Below are positions 27,638-37,500 of a stretch of 64,000 bases of DNA, piece after piece (position 1 is the stretch's first letter; each line of letters opens with the position of its first letter). Below the pieces are notes generated by a model. It was not told the DNA's origin. It searched no databases and saw nothing but the letters and a program-made list of their open reading frames with translations. The DNA comes from Monocercomonoides exilis PA203 (taxonomy: Eukaryota; Protista; Preaxostyla). The position numbers and the translations under genes are program-made. The DNA lies in contig LSRY02000041.1 in assembly GCA_001643675.2 (NCBI GenBank), positions 620,001-684,000 of the forward strand. The letters run 5' to 3'.

Positions 27638-29671
27638 CTCCAGGCCGGCAGAATCAGAATCGTCAGTTCCCTCTGGGCTTCCTTCATCTTCTCTTTCAGG
27701 GTCCGTCCAATGTTTCTCAGGAACGGGTGGACTAGCACTATCTCATTTTCTCGCATTTCTCTCTCTCTCTCTTCCTTCTCACGGAGGATAGTCTCCAAAT
27801 CCTTCCGCAGGGCACCGGAGCAATCGGTTCTAAAATTGTATCTGGTGTTCTCGGTGCGATTGTTTGTACTATCTCTGCGACTTTCTTCCCCCTCAGTGCA
27901 TAATCCGGCTTTCTTGCCATCCGGCTGAGTGCACCTGCTTCCGTGTTCTGTTCTCCCGGGAGGTGTTCCGTTTGTATTGTTATGTCCAGGCTGTTCAGTT
28001 TCTTCTCTTATGCTCTCAGTGTTGGAATGAGCGATGGCACTCCCCTTTTCTTCTGAATCGTCCATCTCGTGGACATGTTGTCTGTCTTCAGATGAATATG
28101 ATCTATCTTCTGTTGTTGCAGCCATGCTCCCTTTATCTCTGGTGTCCTCAACACTGCTCAGGACTCCTTTTCGTTTATCGCTAACGCACTCTCCTGGAGG
28201 GTCCAACTCCCGTGGACATATATCTTCTCCTCTTTGTTCTCCCTCGTTATTGTTAATATTGCACCCCATCCCAGCTCTGAGGCGTCCGTTGTTAGTACTG
28301 CTGGTCTGTTCCTTCTCTTCAGACTCCTTGGTCTGTTCTGAAGCAGGACCTTCCTCCAATGTGTTAATTCTCCCAGCATCATTGGGTTAACTATTACCGT
28401 CCCCTTCCATCCCCCGCGGTCTATTGCCTGTTTCAGCATGTATTGCATTCGCATCGTCCACAAGCTCGCTGATGGGTGTTGTTACCTCACAAAATTCAGC
28501 CTCCCGAGGAGTGCTGCTAAGTCCCTCGTCTTTTGTCTCCTCCTCTTCTTTGCCAGTCCTATCCATGTTCGCATATCCTCCAGGAGCAGCACTCACTTCC
28601 TCTCCTGGAGCATTACTTCCATCTTCTCTGAGTTCAATAGCCATCCCAGAAACTCCACTCTCCTTCTTGTTCCAACTTCAGTTTCTCTTCCGACAGTGTC
28701 CAGCTTAGATTCCTCAGGAACTGGGCTATCTCCTGTGAGATCGATCTCAAAACTTCCCTGTCTTTGTGCATGAGAAGCATGTCGTCCAGGAATATTACTT
28801 GCTTCACTTTCCCCTCTTCTCTGATATATGACGCTGCCCTTCTCATTATCTTCGTGAATACTCTGGGCGCATCTTTCGCTCCAAATGGCATCACTGCATA
28901 AGCGTAGCATTGACTTTGAAAGCTGAAGCACAGGTGAGGGCTGAACTGTTCGTCCACTTTGACATCCTTGTATACACTCGATATATCCAGAGTGGTCATC
29001 CAATCGTTCTCCTCCAGGAGTTCCACTACTGTCACCTGGGAATCCATCTTGAAGTGTATTCCCTGCACTTCCTCGTTTAGAGCTCTGCAGTCCAGAATTT
29101 TTCTCCACTTTCCGTTTTTCTTTCGCACCGTGAATGTCGGGTTGAACCACTTCACCTCCGACTCCTGAATGGGCTTCACCACTCCTTCCTTCAATTCCTC
29201 CTTCAAGAGGGATAAATAATTGCTCGTCATCTCCTTCGTTCCCCGAAACTCTTGTCTGTGTTTTCTCTCCTCGAGTGAGATTGGGGATTGGTAACTTTTC
29301 CATCGAGCTCTTATACCACTACTCACAAATTTGTCTCCCCCAATCTTCTTCCACTCGCTCAGCCTGTTCACTAGTCTCCCAGGCAGTGGTTTCCTCAGTG
29401 GTTCAATCGCTTCACTCCTCCTCAATTCTGGCGTCTTGTGGCCATGCTGCATCTGTGTATTCCCTTCTCCTTCGAAAATGTCTGCAATAGCTGTCTTCGA
29501 GCTCACCTCCAATGTACTCCCAATTTGGAACTTGATAACAATCCCAGAAGCTCTCCAAACTATCTTCCCGTTCCCCCTCTCGCTCATCTGTCTCGTCACT
29601 CGGGGATATGCGGAGTCTTCTTCTGTTCTCGTTGCCTCGTGTTGCACATCTTCTCTCGATATCCCCATCAA
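27427..29671 (-). pseudogene. Reverse transcriptase - RNase H - methyltransferase-like polyprotein of the DIRS-like element
   Basis: RT: KKNGKWRKILDCRALN, LDISSVY, MPFGAKDAPRVFTK, FLDD, EFLGW. RNase H: TDASELGWGA, INEKE, TDN, HLPGEQNTEAGALSR. MT-like: LVHPF...ILILPAWRWQTW...LPPG. Several stops and frameshifts. Confidence 0.92.
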
Positions 29672-29897
29672 ACAACCCCTTCTGATTTCTCGTTCTCACT
29701 CCTTCCATTGATCTAACGAGCTCAGAGTCTCTCTGATATTGACATGCTGTTTCTGAATTTCCGTCTCTGATCGCTTCTCGCCCAGAGCTACTGTTTCTCG
29801 TTGAATATTCATTTCGCTGTAATTTGATTCTTTATCTCTTCTCTCTCTGTGTTGCAGCAAAGCAAGGCTCTCTTTTCTCTCTCAACTCTCGCGACCA

Positions 29898-31128
29898 TTA
29901 GTCGGCTCCAATTGTTGATTCCACAGCTGTTCCCCCTTGTGTCCTTGGTGAGGCTGGGTGCAATGGTCCAGTGATTTGAACAGGCCTCCCAACGATGGTT
30001 GGGACATACTGAGCTTTGAACTTGGGCGTTCTCTTCATTCCTTTGAAGTCGGTGAAGGTCCTTACGAATCCCCTTCTCTGGAGTTGTCTGTGAACAAAAC
30101 CCCGGGTGCACCTTCCTGAACTGTGTCTTCTCGGGGGCTCACTTCTGGACGTTACATCCCCGAAACCTGTTGTTGAGTCGGGAGATGCATCGTATCCTGT
30201 TGCATCTCCCTCTGCTTGAAAAAAGCTGGTGCTCTCTACTAGCTTCTTCAGGTTATCCGGCACATCTTTCAGACATTCCTCCTTCTAAAAAAACCTTTCG
30301 CGCTTTCCCAACTCGATTGGGGATAACATTTAGTAGGTTAATTCTGCTGATTCAGTCGGCGATAAGCGCATATGCACATAATAATCCTCTCAATCGTTCC
30401 TTCTCCTCTTCCATGAGGTGCGCCTTCTCCAGTTCCTTCACTGTTAGTGATGCAATTGCTTTTGCTGCTTCAAAGCCTGATTCGAGGGCCGGCTGGAGGA
30501 TTTCAATTGCTCGGCTCGCTTCCGGTGAGTCCTTTCTTCCTTCAACAGTGACCCCCATCACTGCCAAGGCGTTCCAACTTGCATCTGTGTGTCTGGTGAA
30601 AAAGTTCTTTTCCGTCTCTGGAATGAATGGATTTAAGATATCATCGTTTATCCTGATCGATCCGGCCTGGCAAAACTCCATAAATCTTTTCAGTTCACCC
30701 GCCTGTCTCCTGGGCGTAAGCCATTCGTCTGGGAAAATTCCCAAAAAGTCTTCAGATCTTTCCTGCTCTTCTTCCCGCTTTTCTGTCCTTCCGGAATCGT
30801 TCTCGCTTGTTTCTTCTTCGTCCCATCTCTTCATCTGGTTACGTTAGCGACTGCCCCTCAATCGCTGTCTGTGTCTCTTCTTTGCGATCATCTCTGTAAA
30901 ATTGGTTTCGGACTCAGATTCCCTTTATCTCGTCAGAGATCTTCTTCTTGGCCGTTCCTTCTTCGTCTTTCTCATTGGTTATATTACTTCTGCTCCAAAG
31001 TGACTTAGTCCTCCTCTGCTCCTCAACACTTCATCGATCCAGTTTTCAACTTTTTTGAGCCTTTGAACAAGATCAAATTCCTTTTCATCTCCAACTCTGT
31101 TCGACTGTCTAACATGTTCTTGTTCCAT
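29898..31128 (-). pseudogene. Putative gag-like ORF1 of the DIRS-like element
   Basis: ATG at 31128 is in frame with ORF 30352..30834 through three TAA stops and continues by frameshift into 29898..30263. The assignment is positional only. Confidence 0.6.
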
Positions 31129-31209
31129 TCCGACTGCAGACAATAATGTTCACGAAAATGTGAGTATTACAGAAGTCTGATCAAAAACCACCCATTCTTA
31201 ATGATAAAT

Positions 31210-34200
31210 ACTCATTGTTGAGGAACAAATCTGCTCCTTGCGTTTGAAGATTAGCAACATTGCGAATAATCACACATATGAAACTAACTATGTTCTCTTT
31301 CACACATTCAGCCAATAACCAGGTTGACTCAACAAATTTCAAATTCAATAACACTCAAAAAAACTAATTTCGAATAATAAGTTTAACAATTTTGAATAAT
31401 AATTGGGGTAATTGGTATATTTTCGAGCTTTTGATATGATTCATGGAAAATACATGAATTGCAAAAAAAAAAAGAAAAATTCGCCCATGACAAGATTAAA
31501 AATGAAAACAAAAAGATAAACATTTTATCCAAAATAATCCAAAAAACAAATGAGTTTCTGAATGTAATGCAAAGTTGCAACTTGCCATACTGTTTTATTT
31601 TTGCAATTGTTTGTGACAATTGAAGAGAAAAGCCCCTGAACTTTTCATAAATAATTTTAGAAGTGATTTTGTTGACTGTGTTCTTTCGAAGAGGATTATT
31701 TCCGATTCTATCCGAAAAAAAGGGAAAAAAAAATAAACAAATTGTTGAAGATGAAAAAACAACAAGAACTTCTTATTACACAGAAATCATTAGATTTATC
31801 AATAAAAGTCGAATCAAGATGCTTCATAAAAAATAGAATAATTGAACAAAAAACGGAGTCCTTAAACAATCAACATATTATTTCCTTTTAAAATTAATAA
31901 AAGTGTTGAGTTTTATTTTTAATGTATGAATGGATGCAACAGATATCGAGATACGACCATAGAGGTTACTGCAATTTTAATTCGAAAACTTGCCGTGTTA
32001 CACGATTTTTTAATTTTATCCTGATTTAAAAAAAATTTTTTTTTGTCCTGACAAAAAAATCACCCCGTCCCTTTTCATAAATCTTGCTTAAATAAACAAA
32101 CAAACAAAAACATGAAGTTTGATGCGTAATGTCTTAATGAAAATACCCATCCATTCAAAATGACTGCAAACATTCATAATGCTATGAGGATGAAAATACA
32201 GAAAGTGTCTTTTTTTAATGGCCAAGGATGATAATCAGCATACATACACAAATAGAAATAAAAACTTGGCTTTTTAATTACATATAAATTCGTGAAACAA
32301 ACAAGTTTAATTCGAAAAAAAAAAATCATTCAAATAAGAAACACAAAATCCAAATAAAAAAAAAGAAATAAAAGTCAATCTAATTTTTTATTTTCTTTTT
32401 TAAAAAAAAAAACTTAATTCGATAAATATCCACACATAAATGATTTTGAAAATAGCCTCTCAACTCATTAACTGAAAGCGGAAACTTGTTCATTTCCACA
32501 CTTTGCTCATCAATCATAAGCATCATATGAGCCAATATAAGCAAACGATCTTTCCAATAAATCAAGAGAGTGTGTTCACAATCAGACACACAAAAATATG
32601 CAACAAATGAACCATCACTGCTTCAGTGTTCGTCCATAAATGATTTATTTATAAAATGCATACAAACATACATACATGCATGCATACACATTACATTTTT
32701 ATCGAAATCGTCTTTTCAATTTCTCTCGCTTTTGTTGTTTGGGCTGTTCTAATTACCAACAATAATAATGTCTTTGTGCTCATCAATTAAAACACACTCC
32801 ACTATTCTGCTGCCACTTCGAACACGGCTTTCGTGTCTCGCCTCGCTCTTTCTGCCTGCATAGCACAGCGCATCTGTCACTGTCACCATCGCTGCATTTG
32901 CTGGAAACAATTTAATCAACTCTCTCTTCATCTCCCAAAGCGTTATTCTGTCTGGCCTCTGCACCATGACACTTTTCTCCACCATTCCCTTCAGACGACA
33001 TCCCTCCACTTTGCTCATGCTCGGCCTTTCCCCATTCACAATCTTCTGCCCTGCTGTCTCCGCATCATACTCCCCAAACGGGATATCCAGTGTCAAGCAC
33101 TCCCACAGCATCATCCCAATCGAGAACGAAACTGACTCCTTTGTTGCACCCATCTTCTTGTTGATCAACAGCTCCGGCGCCTTCCACCTCAAGCACTCTT
33201 TTTTGAAATCATTCTCATCCTCAAACGCAGACGAGGGCGGAGGCGAGTCTGTGAATCTCTCGCTCATCACTGAAATATTCGAGGAAGAAGAAACAATGCT
33301 CAATGAAGAGATGGATGAGGAATCTGAATCATCAGAAGAGAAGTCTGAATGCATTGCAATGCAGATCACCATGTGCTCTGAGAAGAGAACAATGTGAGGA
33401 TTCAGAGTGGAAAGAGATGATAATCCATTTTCCATCTCATCAAACGAGTGGAGCGCCAGATTAGCCACCCAGAACAATACCTGCGCAGCTGTAATCTCTC
33501 TTTGTTCAAGGCTGCCAATATCCATTTCCTTCTTCTCATTCCTCCCATGAAGCAGCATGAACAGCGAATCCCTCAAGTCCACAATCAGCTTCTCATGAGG
33601 AGACGAACAGGCCATCGCATCCACCAGGTTTGACATTGATGAGGTGGTTGGACACAGATCCTCCCCACGAACAAATGTCGAATCTGAATCAGTTGTTGAA
33701 GTGGATGAGATAGATGAAATGGATGGTGATGGTGTTCTCTTCCTTATCTCTTCCTCATCCACCTTTTCCAATGCCCATTCAGGAATCTTGTCTGAATCTT
33801 TTCCCAATATATATTCAGTGGAGCCACTTTCAGATAGAAGGTACTCTTCAGATTCTGAATGCACCATCTCCTTTCCATTTATTCTTTTCTTCATCCTCTC
33901 TTCGTTCTTCTTCTCAGCCTCCCTTTCTGCTCTCCTCCACTGCTCCTCTGGCGACATCTCCATCGTCACCATCTCAAACGCCTTCGGATCCTTCCTCACT
34001 GTGTCATTCACAATCTCTCTCAGATCTTTGTTTTCATTCTTTGCCTTCTTCCATCGAACGGCTAGAACAACAGCAACAATCAGAACAATCAAAAACAAAA
34101 CAACAAATATCAGACAAAAAACAGCCCATGATGATTTCCCTTCTTTCTCTCCTTCAACAATCCTTTCATCTCCTTTTCCAACACTTTCACTACTGTTCTT

Positions 34201-34542
34201 CACAATAAATCGCTCTGTTGATGATGGTGAATCTCCTTTGCCAAACACAATCCACACACTCAATTCTGTCTCTTCTCTCACTTTCTCCAGTTCTGAACAT
34301 GAAATAACTGAGTGAATCTCATTCTCTGACACAAACCCTTCTTCTTCAATTCCCTTTCTCACAATCTCCTCCTCATCCCCATTTTTCTTGCTCATCTTCA
34401 CTGACAAATCACATGGTAGAAGCAACTTTCCCACAATCATCAACTCCGCATCTCCATTTGGCTGAGAAATATTCTTCACCTCTTCCAAAACAGGGATGAA
34501 AAATGATGATCCTCTTTCAGTTGCTATCCCTCCCAATTCGCA
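31210..34542. repeat. Right arm of the ~3.3-kb inverted duplication
   Basis: Reverse complement of 22383-25973 minus the 260-bp insert. The only differences I saw were homopolymer lengths and one substitution in the 71-bp inner repeat. Confidence 0.97.
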
Positions 34543-37500
34543 CCCATCATTCAGAATCCAAAGAGATGTGTTTGGCAAGACTCCATCTCCTCCTTTCAAG
34601 CTGACAACATTCAACATTCCACAATTCGAGCAGATGATGTTCCTTCGAGCCGAAGGATATCCCTCAATAAAGGGGTTGTTGTTCTCAAATTCTCCTTTTG
34701 TTATGGAAAGAGAGCCATCTGAAACTGATAACCCTCCAGCTGATGAATTCGATATTGTTGTTTCTTTCATCATCACAGAACTCTTCACCATATCCACAAG
34801 AGACCCATTCCATCTGCAAACTTCTGATCTATTCTCAACAATGTGATTCTCTTTTGCATTTTCAGAATCGCCATCAAAGATGCACGAATCAACAAGTGCA
34901 TCCACACAAGAAAAAAAGCAAATCATCTTTCCTTTCTCGATTCTTGATGAAGAGTTGTGCATTTCACAATTCGACAAATCCACATTTCTTCTGTTGCTGA
35001 TAAAGACAAGAGGATAATTTCCTGTGAATGAAACATTCGAAACAACACATTCAGACAACACAGCTTTCATATCAATATTGTGCGCTTTGTTCTCTGCTCC
35101 ATCCAAACGGATGATGCTCATCTGACTGTTCGTGTTGCTGATTGTCACTTCCTTCATCGAGAAATCTTCGTTCAAAACAACAAACAAATCTCGAAGAGAT
35201 TTCACATACTCAACAACAACTGAACGGAATTGACATGTTCCTCTTTTGAATGTGCACAAAGTCGTTGCATCAATTCTCTCGACTGACACTTGGCCGAGCA
35301 ACAACACCCCACCTTCCATCCGGACAAGCTCATTCAAAGAAGCTTTTGAATTGACGCTCTCTGGCTTGAATGCAACATCAGAGACCAACATGCTGCCTTC
35401 ATCAATTTCCAGAATAACCTCATGACTCGAAGAAAATGAGTCTGCAAATTGGAACTCAACTGACTCCAGGCGATTTCTTCCTGCAGCTTTAATCAATGCT
35501 GGGCCAACAGCAGGAATAGCAGATAAAACAATTAGCTTAGCTTTTGTGAAGCTCTTCGATTGGATGGTGATATCATTCAGCTCAACCTCCTTCTCAATCT
35601 CACATTGCTCGTCAATGGCCACGACTCTCAGGAAGTCTCCCGCAAGATGGCCAACACCATATCCAAGGGATAAACAAGGATGGGTGCTTGTACCACACTG
35701 CCGATCATTTCCTCCACCATTCCCAAAAATGTTCGAAACAACAATCGTGGCTGACTGGTAGATCGTGATCAGATCCATCAGATCAGCTGGCTCAGAGAGT
35801 GTCGGATCAATCCCAAATATCGCATTCAGGCGGATATAAGAGTCTGCCCTCAAATCCATCACAAACTGTGTCTCGTTGATTTGGTTCGAGATGTTTGTGC
35901 ATTCAACGAAAATATCTCTTCCCACAAATGCCTCGTCTCCTGAAAACGTCACATTTTTGAACAGAAACAGCAACTCTCCTCGTTCCACACATTTCAAATA
36001 TCCTCCACCTCCTCTTCCGCTTGAGACAGAGCAAGAGCATTGAGCAATTCGTGTCTCTTCCACTCTCAGTGAGCCATCCGAGCTCAGCGAAAAGAAGACG
36101 GCTCCCCCTTCCTCAGAAGAGAGTGCTTTGCACGACTCCATTGACGAATTTCTCACAACCATTTCGACACCACTGCTGCAATCACTCTTGCACACACACG
36201 ATCCATCATCAGCCCTTGAAACCGAAAAGAAGGTTGATTCATTGATATTGATCACAGTGTTTGCATTTTCTCTGTAGACTTCATCTGAATCCTTCACATT
36301 AATAATGCTTCCACTCTCGATTGTGGATGAAAGAATGCTCAGTTTGTTCATGCTGCATTCACATCCATCAAACACATCGAATATTCCTTGTTTCGTGTTG
36401 ATCCTCTCCACCTTCAGATTATCAGCATTCATCTCTCCTTTCACCATCTCCACAAACAAGTGGTTTTGTGCCACATTGTCCGAGTTTGTTGAAGAAAACC
36501 AGCACTCTTCAAACGTTAAAGTTCCATCTTCGTTTTTCACAATGATTTCTTCTCCATTTTCACATATAAACTCCACTGATAGAATTATCCACGAAAATAT
36601 CAGAGACTTGTTGTTTCTGATCAATCCTTTGCCTTCCGCTCGTTCTTCCTGGCTCACGGCTAAAGTCGAATGGCTTGCATCCACTTCAGATGCTGTTCCA
36701 GAGCATATCTTGAAGTCTGAAAGAACAAAGCTTTCCTTCAAAACTGTCTTGTTGTGAATAATCATCTCCTTCTTTGTCTCGCTCTGATCAATCTGTTGCA
36801 TCCCCTTCCAGAAAGAAAAGCATGGATCATCTGCACTTCCACATCTCTTCACATCAAATCCAAGTGAAGAGACATGAATCTGAGAATTCGAATAACTCAC
36901 AAGAAATCTGAAGAGATTTGAGTTGTTAATTGTTCCGTCACTCCCCACGAACAGATTTGATGAATTTTCCATTGAAGAATAATCAAACACGAATGAAGAT
37001 GATTTCACAGTTGTGTTCAAATCATTCGACAAAATGAAAAGATGCTCTCCAATTTTCGCCTTATTGCCTTCCAACACAACTGCCTCAAAAACAAAAGGAA
37101 TTCCAATTTCTGAGTTCGAGCAGTCAACATAAAGAAATCCACCTTTTCCTGTTGTCTGTGAGCATTCACAGCTCTTTCCTGTTGTTCTGTTGAGAATCAA
37201 TTGTTGCTCTGCTTTCAATGAGATTTGAAGCGCTCCACCTTCTGCTCCATTCTCTGTTTTATCTCCAGATATATCGCATTCTTCAATCACAGCCGAAGAC
37301 GAAGATGCAGAAATGGGTGTGAAATCAAACTTCAAATTGACAATTGTGCAACGAATCAGCTCAAATGTTCCTCCATTTGCAGAAATCAGTGAAAACGAAA
37401 GTGTGCCTTGCTCCTTTGCTGAAAATGCACAATCATTCAAGCACAGCCTCCCATTTTCAGTTGAAGACAAAACCAGAACTTGACGATTGGTGCTGAATTC

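Larger units (their letters stand above)
25903..31280 (-). mobile_element. Tyrosine-recombinase retrotransposon (DIRS/PAT type: gag, RT-RNase H-methyltransferase-like, YR), decayed, bounded by 71-bp inverted repeats
   Basis: Domain order gag > RT/RH/MT > YR on the minus strand. Inverted repeats 25903-25973 and 31210-31280 have one mismatch. A 14-bp direct repeat TCTGATCAAAAACC sits at 26002-26015 and 31176-31189. GC content is higher than the flanks. Confidence 0.92.

Noticed and set aside
27427-29671. RT as part of a diversity-generating retroelement, retron or group II intron
   Set aside because: The RT is fused to RNase H and MT-like domains next to a YR, which is DIRS architecture. The repeat arms show no adenine-specific TR/VR mismatch pattern.
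25903-31280. In-frame TAA stops in the transposon ORFs as evidence of a TAR=Gln genetic code, as in some oxymonads
   Set aside because: Host ORFs of thousands of codons have no in-frame TAA/TAG and genes end in TAA, TAG and TGA. The elements also carry TGA stops, and the DIRS-like one has frameshifts, so ordinary decay explains them.
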